DNA of 62,758 bases, counting the filler, from Asterionella formosa (taxonomy: Eukaryota): the NCBI GenBank assembly GCA_002256025.1. It is 12 parts of 12 records of this genome, joined end to end, with 100 filler letters (N's around TTAATTAATTAA, not from the genome) between each part and the next. Parts side by side here need not be neighbours in the genome. Positions count along the whole stretch, not along the records: positions 1 to 5,146 come from NKIB01013198.1; positions 5,247 to 10,391 come from NKIB01013199.1; positions 10,492 to 15,635 come from NKIB01013200.1; 9 more parts are not named here. The stretch is one strand, 5' to 3'. The position numbers and the translations under genes are program-made. The notes beneath the pieces are model-generated. The model had not been told where the DNA came from. It searched no databases and saw nothing but the letters and a program-made list of their open reading frames with translations. Below are positions 1-11,014 of the stretch, in pieces; position 1 is the first letter of the stretch, and each line of letters opens with the position of its first letter.

Positions 1-3000
1 GGATGGGACCAGAAGTGTTTGTCGACTGCCGTCACAGTATCATTTCCACTAGGAGAAGGCGACGAAGATTTTTATTACTACAAGGAAGTCATTGAGTGGG
101 ACTTGACTGATCCAAGAGCACCGACCGCTATGGCTTTCGCGGCGAATGTGGCCCATGAATATGGACTCAATTTCGGACAAACGATGGATTTGGCAACCGA
201 CATTCAAAAGCAACTTGACGAATTCTTAGAAAACTTGACAATCTATGTAACCCCAATGACCATGAAAGATCCCAATGAACGAGAACGAGGGAAGCTGCCA
301 ACAAGTTCTCGTCGGCTTCAGCTCTATGGTGTCCCTGTTCCAGTTGTTGAAGGTGGTCTCCCACTGCCAACCAAGCAAAAGCAACGAGCAGTAGCAACTA
401 CACGAGCACCAACTCCAGCTCCAGTAAATCAACCTAAGCCACCAAGTATCCGAAAGCTAAATGAAGGAGACGATGATTTTAATATCCGAACTGATGGTCC
501 GTACCGAGCAGAAGTGATGAAACGAGCGAGATTGGCATCTATGAATGATATTGAGAAAATAGCGAGATCCAACGGTGATAATGTGGTTGGGTTTTTGGAA
601 GAAAGAACCAACTGGCATTGTCACATTTGCCACAGTAGAAAACCCATTTCTGCATTGTTTGCTTGCGGAACTTCAACACACTCATATTGTGACACGCATT
701 GCCGCGATCGTTTAGGATTCTCAATTGCTAAGCCCGAGTTCCGGCCCGTAACGTTGGATCATTGTCCAATCTGCTGTTTACGCTGTGAATGCACAAAGTG
801 TCAACGGCGCCTTAATGCTGTTGCTGTCGAGTTCAGAAAGCAATGTATTTCACAAGGTGTAGCCAATCCAGAAGAAGCCGACTTTGACAATATTCTCCTT
901 TACACAGCTGGTCGTGGAGGTGGAGGTGGTGGAGGAGGAGGCGGTGGCGGGACTGTAAAGAAACCTACAATCGCACGAGTGAATAAAACCAGTGGTTTTA
1001 AACTGAATAAGAAAAAGGCCAAGATTCCCTTCCGTGACTTCCCTCGTGAAGTGTGCGCTTCCGTGGACTTGGATCCCGGAACAGCAACTGATTATCTGAC
1101 AGTGTTTTCATCGGAGGGTTCTTTTTTACACAAGGATCCTTGTATTGCAGCAACTGAAATCGAAACCAAGAAGGAATTTGAAGACGATGAATCGAATCTA
1201 CAAGAAGACGGTAGCGTTGACTATTGCCTAATTTGTCGTAAACCTGGCGATCTTCTCTGTTGTGACCGCTGTCCTCGGGCTTATCACATTAAGTGTATTG
1301 GAGACAGTGTTGATCCCCCCGATGGACGATGGGAGTGTCATGAATGTTTGAAAGAAAAAGCAGGGCTGGAACAGGATCTTGTCGACGGAAGGTCATATTT
1401 ACACAATGGTGGACACACTTCTATCGAGAAAATCACTGCATCATTAGTCAATTTTTCAAATAGTGTCGGTTTTATTGAAAGCCATCAAATTCTTTCAATG
1501 ATTCACGAGATGCTGTCGAAACTGATCGACTATGAGTTCGGATTCATTTTCCGCGCACCAGTAGATTGCAAATTTGTCCCCACCTACAGGAAGATTGTAA
1601 AGAAACCCATGGACTTGGGAACAATTTCTTCGAGACTCGAAAATGGGTATTACCCCAGAAAATACTTGAATGCCAAACTTTCTTGGGATGATATCATTGC
1701 TGCTGTATTAGAGGACATCGAGCTTGTATGGCATAATTGTTTTACTTTCAATCTCGAAGGTAGTGCAGTTTATAAAATGGCTGAAGTGCAGCGTCGCAGG
1801 TATCTTGAAATGCGTCGACGAAGCTTCGATCATCTTCTTAGCGATGCTGTGAAGACTCGGGTCAATCAATTTGTTTCCGCGTGCGAGGTGGATCGTGCTA
1901 AAGATGCACCGGTACCAAAGGAAAAAACACCCCAACCAAGTGTTCCTAGCAAATACAAGATTGAAGTAAAGGTATCATATGGTGGTAATCGGCGAATTGT
2001 GGCTATATTAGACCCCGACTCAGGAATGTTGGCAAAACTGTATTCTTCACAAAAATCAGCGTTTATTGCTGCCAATTTTTTACAAAAAATTGGACACACT
2101 CCAGAATGGGAACCGCTCAATGAGTTCCCTTTGAAGAGTTACATTAAAAGCAGTACTCACGATCCCTCCCAACTCCTCTTTGGATACAGGTGGCTCTTGT
2201 TTGATGACTTGCAAGCTGGTTCGGTTGTTTTCGGAAAGGCGCCAAGCAATCTAAAGAGTTTGCTACAGGATGGAAAAGTGTTCAAGAGAGATTGTCCTTT
2301 AGGTTTCGTTGAGATGTTTGATGGTTTCTCCTTCTATATCTTTATTTCAATTGAAGAAGCACTTTGTTTCAGCGGTCTCCCACGAGCAGTTCCTATAGAT
2401 CAAATTCGTTCACGGTTCTGTGAGATGCCGCCAGGCGAATGGAAATCAATAGTTGGTTTCAACTGGAGACGAATAGCGCCCGAAAGCGGCAATAGTCAAG
2501 GCGAGACTGCTGCAAACGAGACCACTACCGGTGTGGGATCAGAAAAGGAAGAAGTCATTGTGAAGAAAGATTCAATCACGGGAAGGAAGCTTCTTGGTTT
2601 CAAGACTATTGCTGCTGCTCACAAGGACTGGATAGGCTGTTGTTTGAATTCTCCCATGTTTCATCAACCATGGAACACGAGCATGGAAGAATTTTCTTCC
2701 AAGTTTCTGGACAAAGATGGCCATGTGGATGGTATTACCTGGCAGTCTATGATGATTGAGCAGTTCACACGTGAACCAAACGAGACCGCCCAAGTAGAAA
2801 TTGAATCACCTGAAAATCCGGAGAAGGAACGTATCCCGATCGATTCGAACACCGAAAATGCGTTGAAATCACCCCCTTCATCAATAGCAGCGACGAATAG
2901 GGAACGATTGCTGGGTGCCAACGAAACAACGACTGTGGAAAGGGTCCACAGTATCGTTGAAGCCAGAACGGTCGATGCTATCATCGCTTTGGATGTTCAT

Positions 3001-3201
3001 CCTCAAGAGACTCCCCCAAATTTGACGAATACACATGCGGAAGATGATTTAATGCATTTTTCAAAGGAGCTGGGGTCTAGAATTGTGATGCACGAACCGT
3101 CGAAATCGACTTGCTTGAAACGGCCCCTTGAAACAAACGATGATGACTTTCCCTCGAAGAAAGCAACGATCCTGGTAACTTTGGAGTCCGCGACTAATTA
3201 A
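1..3201 (+). CDS. Multidomain chromatin protein (SNF5-like repeat, zf-4CXXC_R1-like Zn finger, PHD finger, bromodomain); 5'-partial
   Basis: Frame is open from base 1. EVIEWDL..AFAANVAHEYGL..LATDIQKQL is SNF5-like. CHICH..C..HSYC..HC..CPICC..C.C..C is a Cys-rich finger. CLICRKPGDLLCCDRCPRAYHIKC..WECHEC is a PHD finger. FIFRAPVD..YRKIVKKPMDLGTI..DIELVWHNCFTFN is a bromodomain. Confidence 0.85.
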   Translation, partial: GWDQKCLSTAVTVSFPLGEGDEDFYYYKEVIEWDLTDPRAPTAMAFAANVAHEYGLNFGQTMDLATDIQKQLDEFLENLTIYVTPMTMKDPNERERGKLPTSSRRLQLYGVPVPVVEGGLPLPTKQKQRAVATTRAPTPAPVNQPKPPSIRKLNEGDDDFNIRTDGPYRAEVMKRARLASMNDIEKIARSNGDNVVGFLEERTNWHCHICHSRKPISALFACGTSTHSYCDTHCRDRLGFSIAKPEFRPVTLDHCPICCLRCECTKCQRRLNAVAVEFRKQCISQGVANPEEADFDNILLYTAGRGGGGGGGGGGGGTVKKPTIARVNKTSGFKLNKKKAKIPFRDFPREVCASVDLDPGTATDYLTVFSSEGSFLHKDPCIAATEIETKKEFEDDESNLQEDGSVDYCLICRKPGDLLCCDRCPRAYHIKCIGDSVDPPDGRWECHECLKEKAGLEQDLVDGRSYLHNGGHTSIEKITASLVNFSNSVGFIESHQILSMIHEMLSKLIDYEFGFIFRAPVDCKFVPTYRKIVKKPMDLGTISSRLENGYYPRKYLNAKLSWDDIIAAVLEDIELVWHNCFTFNLEGSAVYKMAEVQRRRYLEMRRRSFDHLLSDAVKTRVNQFVSACEVDRAKDAPVPKEKTPQPSVPSKYKIEVKVSYGGNRRIVAILDPDSGMLAKLYSSQKSAFIAANFLQKIGHTPEWEPLNEFPLKSYIKSSTHDPSQLLFGYRWLLFDDLQAGSVVFGKAPSNLKSLLQDGKVFKRDCPLGFVEMFDGFSFYIFISIEEALCFSGLPRAVPIDQIRSRFCEMPPGEWKSIVGFNWRRIAPESGNSQGETAANETTTGVGSEKEEVIVKKDSITGRKLLGFKTIAAAHKDWIGCCLNSPMFHQPWNTSMEEFSSKFLDKDGHVDGITWQSMMIEQFTREPNETAQVEIESPENPEKERIPIDSNTENALKSPPSSIAATNRERLLGANETTTVERVHSIVEARTVDAIIALDVHPQETPPNLTNTHAEDDLMHFSKELGSRIVMHEPSKSTCLKRPLETNDDDFPSKKATILVTLESATN

Positions 3202-3391
3202 TTAAATAGGTTTGGCGATTGTCATTTGTATTTGGTTGATTACAAGTATGTAGTATTGAACCCGGTGAAGCTTTTCTACTTGCCAGCAAACAGAAAGTTG
3301 AAAAACAAATCTTATCCTATTAGTTTAGTTGCATGCAGTTGACTGAAATGACAGGCCAAGCCAAGCCTTTTCCAAGACACCAAAATATAAT

Positions 3392-4682
<1,291 letters not shown>

Positions 4683-5146
4683 GGTGGAAACAGGGTACCT
4701 GATTTCAAATGAGAATGTGTGGGAGGGGGGCACAAGAGGATCTTTGTGGTCTGCTATTATGATGATATCACTTGCTCGTTCCAAATACCGTACAGTACTG
4801 GTATCTGGTACAGTAGACTACTTATCATAATTTTTTACATTCTTGAGAAGAAAGTCAGCGATCGACAGGATTTACGTACAGGTGCCGGTACTAATATACC
4901 GCCCTCACATGCACTTGCGGTATGACATCATCATCCACCGAATTCTTCCTCCTTGTTCGCCACTGGTGACTTTACTCCTGATTCCTATTTGACTCGTGAC
5001 CACATAGCTTAATGTACTATCGCAATGACGTCAGAGGAATGCGATCTATTACATTGCAAAGAATCCGAACCATCGCTCCACACCACACACATCCAAGCAA
5101 CGGCTCTATCTTTGTGACGTCATACACATATATAGCATACGGTATA

Positions 5147-5246
5147 NNNNNNNNNNNNNNNNNNNNNNNNNNNNNNNNNNNNNNNNNNNNTTAATTAATT
5201 AANNNNNNNNNNNNNNNNNNNNNNNNNNNNNNNNNNNNNNNNNNNN
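5147..5246. other. Artificial contig spacer N44-TTAATTAATTAA-N44 (first of 11; the others start at 10392, 15636, 20876, 26116, 31356, 36596, 41834, 47071, 52305, 57533)
   Basis: Identical 100-bp spacer with a six-frame stop 12-mer; the flanking contigs decrease in length. Confidence 0.98.
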
Positions 5247-5986
5247 CAGTGCATCCAGCTCTGGCGCAATTTCTTCATCAGTGACTTCTTTATATCATCT
5301 CTGTCTTCTTTGTTGTTCTTGTCAATGTTTAGCACATGGCCATTCTTGTATTCATCTTCTTGCACTGTAATAGCACTCACTGTCATGAAAAAGGGGTTAA
5401 ACTTATTCTTTTTCTTTGTTCGTCTTGCTTAGCTCAAAAGCCATTTATACCGGTAACCTGGTAGAGCACCTGGTAAACCTTTTCTATAAAATTATATTTG
5501 CTTGTGGATACGGAGTACACCTGTCAAATAGACAAAGATAAATTATGATATATATAGTATATATATATACCGGTATACCGGTATTTATTTTCCGCGGCCC
5601 GCTTTGAAGCAAGCAATATTACCGGTACTCTGCCACAAACAAGACTACCTGGTACCTTTTCCTGGATTGATTGCGTTCTTCGATATATTCTATAAACTTT
5701 GATTTGCCTGTGATATCGATGAAACACATGAAGAAGAAACTGCACATCATTCAGTAGCGGTGGCATAGTCGTGATTTCGTTCCTTGTCACATTCTTTGAA
5801 TGTGCTTGGACCCTCAAGGGAAAGCGCAAAGGTGACAATGATCCGCCTTGAGAGAGACAAAGACTAAACACGGCTTCGAATAGAAATGCTCACTTTTTCT
5901 AATCACAAAAAGGATTTCTACATTGATGTCTTACATCTCGCCATTTTTGCCACCTCTCGCACTGAACAGAACAAATCCTGATCCAT

Positions 5987-7441
5987 ATGGCGTCCCCGGC
6001 CGAGTCTATTCCCTCACTCGCTGAGCTCTCAACCAGCTCGCAGGACTTTTCTCCGGATGACGGCATTTCGAAGAAGCTCTTTCATACTCCCCCGAAGTTT
6101 AGGTCCAAGTGGGGAGATGTGATGGCAACCATTCCAACGCTGCCCTCTCCCAATCGGCCTATGGGGGATGGGGAGTCTATTCATTCCGACAGTTCAATGG
6201 ATTCTCTCGACATTGCAATTAGCACTTCCTCGATGCTCCAAACTGAGCATGACCGAAACAAGGTGTTTCGGGCTGTCGACGAGGGCCTGGTTTTTTCTGC
6301 TTCCACGAGTGACTTTATGCGACCTGTTGACGATTACTTGCCTTGCCTCGCCAATCCTAGTGAAGGCGGGTCGAGTCAATCAAGTCAAGGCATGAACCAC
6401 TTTACTAAGTTTGATTTGCAGGTAAAAAAGCAGGCTTCATTCGGTGATGATTCTACTGTTGCTGCAGGCAACACAAAACTCAAAGAGATTTCGTTACAGA
6501 CCTGGAGGGATGAAACGAAATCTATGGAAGTGGAAATTCTTGCTCTTAACGAGACTGTTCGTGCCTATTCGATTAATATCCTCAAACTCAAACGCAGCGT
6601 GGATCAGGCGAAAGAAGAAGAAAAGCACCACAGTATTCAGCTCCAAATCCTTACCTCCAGGCTTCGCGCGTTAAAGCTTGAGCTAGAAGAGATGGAGAAA
6701 GCTGCCGACGAACAACACGAACTAGAAAGGCAGCACAACGAGACGATCAGTTTTCTCAAGGCAGAAGTTGATCGACTCACCAAGGCTCAAAACGTGACCG
6801 GCGCCACCATAAATGCCCACGACCAGAGAGTGATCAGCCGACTTTGCTTCGAAAATGATTTGTTTGCAACTCAAATCATTTCGAACGAAGCAGAGATGAA
6901 ACGAATGAAAGGTGCATTGGCGGAAAGGGAATTGGTACTTATTTCTTTGACAGTTGATATGGAGAAAATGAGAACCTCCCTTCAGGATAACTTGCAGCAC
7001 AATCAATTGAAAATAGACACAGATGAGCTCAACTTTAGGTCCACTGTGGAAAAGTTGAGCTCCCAGCGCGATCGAGGGGAACTGGAGCGATTGGATATGA
7101 CAACAGCATATGCGATTGAACGACAGGGGGAGGACAAGAAAATCCAAGTCACGATGGAAAATTTAATTTCAAGGCAGGTGAAGCAAGAGATGGGAGACAA
7201 GATCTACCCTCCTACTCATGAAATTCTGAATACCAATGAGCATGTTAAAGCTAAGGATGAGGGAATGAGCTCCCTATTGGTGGACGATCTTTGCCTTTGC
7301 AACGGCGAGATTCTTGAACATCATCTATGCCGAGCGAAGCCGAATGCAGTTTCGAGCAGGGTTATACACTATGCTTCTTCAACAAGAAGCAAAACGAAAA
7401 AGAGCCCATTCAAAATATTCAAAGGATTTTTCTGTAACTGA
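5987..7441 (+). CDS. Hypothetical coiled-coil protein, 484 aa
   Basis: Long ATG-initiated ORF with a Ser-rich N-terminus and a heptad-rich E/K/L central region. Confidence 0.7.
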   Translation: MASPAESIPSLAELSTSSQDFSPDDGISKKLFHTPPKFRSKWGDVMATIPTLPSPNRPMGDGESIHSDSSMDSLDIAISTSSMLQTEHDRNKVFRAVDEGLVFSASTSDFMRPVDDYLPCLANPSEGGSSQSSQGMNHFTKFDLQVKKQASFGDDSTVAAGNTKLKEISLQTWRDETKSMEVEILALNETVRAYSINILKLKRSVDQAKEEEKHHSIQLQILTSRLRALKLELEEMEKAADEQHELERQHNETISFLKAEVDRLTKAQNVTGATINAHDQRVISRLCFENDLFATQIISNEAEMKRMKGALAERELVLISLTVDMEKMRTSLQDNLQHNQLKIDTDELNFRSTVEKLSSQRDRGELERLDMTTAYAIERQGEDKKIQVTMENLISRQVKQEMGDKIYPPTHEILNTNEHVKAKDEGMSSLLVDDLCLCNGEILEHHLCRAKPNAVSSRVIHYASSTRSKTKKSPFKIFKGFFCN

Positions 7442-7559
7442 TCGAAATGATGAACGGATGAGCTTATATACGATGCTGACAAGTGACTAGCACGCACTTG
7501 CTAGCTTCTATTGCAATCTGCTACAGCAAACCGTAGTTTCCATACCATTTTTAGCAATT

Positions 7560-10391
7560 CTATTTCTTCTTGCTTTTTCCGCTGTTCCCTCCTTGTTTGC
7601 TGCCTCCTTTCTGTTTCTTGATTACTTTGCTGGCACCGGCTGCAGATATCTTCACATCGGCACAAATTACCTGCACCCAGTCATTGTCAGCTACTCGTTT
7701 TATAAGCTCCTTCTCTCGACTAGAGATCGCTGACTTCTCTTTGCTAGTATCCTGAAGGAACATCTCGACGCATTGCTTTGCTGCCTTTCCTCGTTTCTGG
7801 TTTCCTGGCGTGAGCTTCACTCGATATTTATATTGTGCCAAAGTTTGGTACGGAGCGCATACTGGCACGGCGTACAAAAGCGTATCCTCGATTAGAGGTT
7901 TTCCAGTTAGTTTGCCGATTTCGGCAGTATCATCGACCCCATCGTCGCCTCCATCTCCTTCAGTCACACCTTCCTCTGCCAGAGTTTCTTTCCATGCTTC
8001 CTTCTCTGCAATTTTCTCGGTCTTTGTTTTTCGTTTTCCGTCACCTGGGGCTACGTCAAAATCAGTCTCAAGGTTTTGATGTCCAAATTTTCTTATGGTA
8101 CGGATAATACCATTGAGACTAGCAGAAAAGTTATCGATTCGAGACGATTGCTTCAAAAACAATAGACGTTTGGCGGCTGCAAGCTGCTGCTCCTCTTTCT
8201 CTAGGGCGATAACCTGCTCCAACACGTCAGCATCGAATTTCTCCCAGTTCACGGTCTCGTCGCTATTAAAAGCCCCGTCTGCTATATTGGCTGTCACGCA
8301 CTCAGCCAGAACAATCTGTACCTGAATGGGCAACTGCTCTGCAACAACCTTGGAGTCTTTAACCAGGAGAGCAGCAGTGTCTGCAGCGGCTTGTTCTTGC
8401 GTCGCCGAGACCGGCATCATTTGTCTACTGTTCTTCCTTTTCTTATCTTTTTTTTCACCACCCTGCAACACGAGCAAAGCTAGTTCACGGTCTTCGTCGT
8501 CTTGATCCGCATACTTTCGAGCAGCGCGTTTCATCTTTGTAATTTTACCGCGTTTCCCGCCAATTTGACTTCCTTCGGTTTTCTCGGCGCCAACACTGAT
8601 AGAGCTTGATATATCCGATTTTTCTGCCGGTTTCTTCTCCTCAGCCATCGCTCGTTCGGCTACGGCCTTCGCAGCTTCAAGAGAGCCGTATTTCTTGATT
8701 AGTCTCCTGTCTTTCGCCGAGAAGCCCTTCTTTTTTGGTGTGGCTTCTTCTGGACTTGGTTCGTCCATAATTTCGAATTCGCATTCCACATTATCAAAAT
8801 CGTCTTTTTCCTCGTTGTCATCACATCCTGGCTCTTGCAACTTTGGACAGGGAATATTTGCAGAGCTTTCGTCATAGGCACCATTCTTAATTTCTTCTTC
8901 TTCTTCTAGCAAGCCCTCGACTTCCGCTTCCGCGTCATCATTATCATGTTCCTCCTCCGAGATTGCATCGTCAACATTGAGCAGAGCGAAGTCTCGACGA
9001 TCATTCTGGTGGCGAGCAATGCTATCCTCGTCCCCAAGTCGAAACAATACAGCGAGCCCCATTTCTAATGGAGTGGGTGGTAGAAAATTCTTCTTTCCTC
9101 TCACCATAAAAGATCCCACAGTCAAGTACTCTCCACTTGGTGCAGTCTTGCTCACTTGATGTGATTCCACCCACCATGCCGAAGTCACCATTCTTGATCC
9201 CCATGCATTAGATCTACAAATTGTAAAGTTTCCGGCTTCTCTCAAGGCTTGGTCACTAAGAGGAAGAGCTTCAGTTTTGCCATTTCGCTTACGACGCCGT
9301 TTAGCCCGCAAGATACAGGAAGCAGCACCGTGGACATCTGCGTGAAGATAAGCATCCCCGGGTCGGAGATAGCGCTTGACGAGTTGCTCATTCTGGTGTG
9401 CGTCTTTTCCTCCCAACACTAGGTAATTGTCGGAGGTGATAAAGTAATGGAATTTCTCGTAAAATCCTGGTTTACGAGAGATCGATGGCGTCGCAGTCAA
9501 CTTAGCTTTGAGGTGTGCTTCTTGAAGTTGCTTCTGTGCATTTATTTCTGCGGCCTTCAATGCTTTGGTCGCGTTTTCCAAAGTCTTCTCTGATTTTTCC
9601 TTAAATGCTCTGTATTTGGCAAACATTTCTCGCGCATTGCCATAAGCTGAGTCTTGTAGTGAAATGGTTACCAAAACCGTTTGATTTGCATCCGATGCAT
9701 CTGGCAGTGCCACAACCATAGTGTCTTTTTCCAATTCCAATTTTCGGATCAACAGAGCAATGGGATTACCGTTGTCCTGTTCAACTTTAACTAATTGCCC
9801 CAAGGCTTCCCAGTCCATCCCCGTATCAAGCGCACTGTTTATTACACTCAATGCCTTGTCAACATCATCTGCATTGGTTTCTATCAATACTGCATGTGCC
9901 TGCATTCGTTCGATTTCTGTTTGCAGCGCCGTGACACGCTGTTCTTGATCTCGTCGAATCTTTTCCAATTTGTCCTTGGCAGCGCGTTCCGCAGTTTCAG
10001 CCCGTAGTTGTCGTTTTTGCCCTCCAAGATGCGCAAAATAGTCATCCACGGCTTCTGAAAAGTTCGAGTAGTCTATGCACAATCGTCCTGCATGTTGAAG
10101 CAGGATGTGTGGCACAAAGTCTTGCAAAACTTTATTGGAGTGCGGTAAAGTGTCAGATGCTTCGTGATGCCCTGTACTTTCTCTAGGGCGATATAGAATA
10201 TGACCAGTCACATCATTGTTCTTGAGACTTTCCATGACTTTCTTTCCTTCCGTTTTCAAAACGGTTACGAGTTGTTCCCATTCCTTTACAGTTAACGCAG
10301 TATCGAGTGTTTGTGGCGAAATCTTGATATTTGGGTCAATTTTCGCCAGTAAAATGCAATGCTCGATCAAAGACGGTCCATACTGATAGAC
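7560..10391 (-). CDS. NEMF: Ribosome quality-control subunit NEMF/Rqc2 (NFACT family); 5'-partial
   Basis: Open to the contig end (YGPSLIEHCIL). NFACT-R motifs EKFHYFITSDNYLVLGGKDAHQNE, YLHADVHGA and QVSKTAPSGEYLTVGSFMVRGKKNFLPP. C-terminal AVPVCAPY..YKYRVKLTPG.QKRGKA. Confidence 0.95.
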   Translation of the reverse strand, partial: VYQYGPSLIEHCILLAKIDPNIKISPQTLDTALTVKEWEQLVTVLKTEGKKVMESLKNNDVTGHILYRPRESTGHHEASDTLPHSNKVLQDFVPHILLQHAGRLCIDYSNFSEAVDDYFAHLGGQKRQLRAETAERAAKDKLEKIRRDQEQRVTALQTEIERMQAHAVLIETNADDVDKALSVINSALDTGMDWEALGQLVKVEQDNGNPIALLIRKLELEKDTMVVALPDASDANQTVLVTISLQDSAYGNAREMFAKYRAFKEKSEKTLENATKALKAAEINAQKQLQEAHLKAKLTATPSISRKPGFYEKFHYFITSDNYLVLGGKDAHQNEQLVKRYLRPGDAYLHADVHGAASCILRAKRRRKRNGKTEALPLSDQALREAGNFTICRSNAWGSRMVTSAWWVESHQVSKTAPSGEYLTVGSFMVRGKKNFLPPTPLEMGLAVLFRLGDEDSIARHQNDRRDFALLNVDDAISEEEHDNDDAEAEVEGLLEEEEEIKNGAYDESSANIPCPKLQEPGCDDNEEKDDFDNVECEFEIMDEPSPEEATPKKKGFSAKDRRLIKKYGSLEAAKAVAERAMAEEKKPAEKSDISSSISVGAEKTEGSQIGGKRGKITKMKRAARKYADQDDEDRELALLVLQGGEKKDKKRKNSRQMMPVSATQEQAAADTAALLVKDSKVVAEQLPIQVQIVLAECVTANIADGAFNSDETVNWEKFDADVLEQVIALEKEEQQLAAAKRLLFLKQSSRIDNFSASLNGIIRTIRKFGHQNLETDFDVAPGDGKRKTKTEKIAEKEAWKETLAEEGVTEGDGGDDGVDDTAEIGKLTGKPLIEDTLLYAVPVCAPYQTLAQYKYRVKLTPGNQKRGKAAKQCVEMFLQDTSKEKSAISSREKELIKRVADNDWVQVICADVKISAAGASKVIKKQKGGSKQGGNSGKSKKK

Positions 10392-10491
10392 NNNNNNNNN
10401 NNNNNNNNNNNNNNNNNNNNNNNNNNNNNNNNNNNTTAATTAATTAANNNNNNNNNNNNNNNNNNNNNNNNNNNNNNNNNNNNNNNNNNNN

Positions 10492-11014
10492 CAATCGTCA
10501 CCCTGTTGTTTTCATTTATAGCCAAGTTAAAAAGTGCTCCACAACCTTTTTCTTGCACAGTAGCATTGGAGGAATGAGTCTTCATTGCAGACAGAATCGT
10601 AATGATACCTCCTGCTTCAGCAATCGTCACCCTGTTGTTTTCATTATTATAAGCCAAGTTCCAAAGTTCTGCACAACCTTCTGTTTGAATGTTAGCATCC
10701 TGCTCATTCATTCTCATCTTTGAAAGAACTGCAGCAATCGGAGACGGAATTGAAGTGACAGGAGACCCTTGGTTATTCATACAATCTTGATCGCATCTAG
10801 GGCGGCAGTCTCGCACAGTCTCATCAACTCCAAAACAGATTCTCTTTGCGCTCCTAACGAGCTCTGCTTGTACGCCATACTCAGACACAATTGGAGCTTC
10901 ATGCTTATTGCGGTTGTATGAAGCGCTGACTTTGATGTCGCCACACTCTAACCCAATTGCAGCTTCATGCTGAATCTTGGTAGGGACGAATGAAGCATCG
11001 AGGTTGTTCGACAT
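10492..11014 (-). CDS. Armadillo-repeat protein; 3'-partial
   Basis: ARM repeats (Q.EGCAELWNLAYNNENNRVTIAEAGGIITILSAMKTH / QEKGCGALFNLAINENNRVTI). The DNA repeat has a 129-nt period (10492 vs 10621). Confidence 0.8.

Noticed and set aside
5191..5202. TTAATTAATTAA recurring every ~5.24 kb as a possible periodic element
   Set aside because: Always embedded in N44 on both sides; it is an artificial six-frame stop linker.
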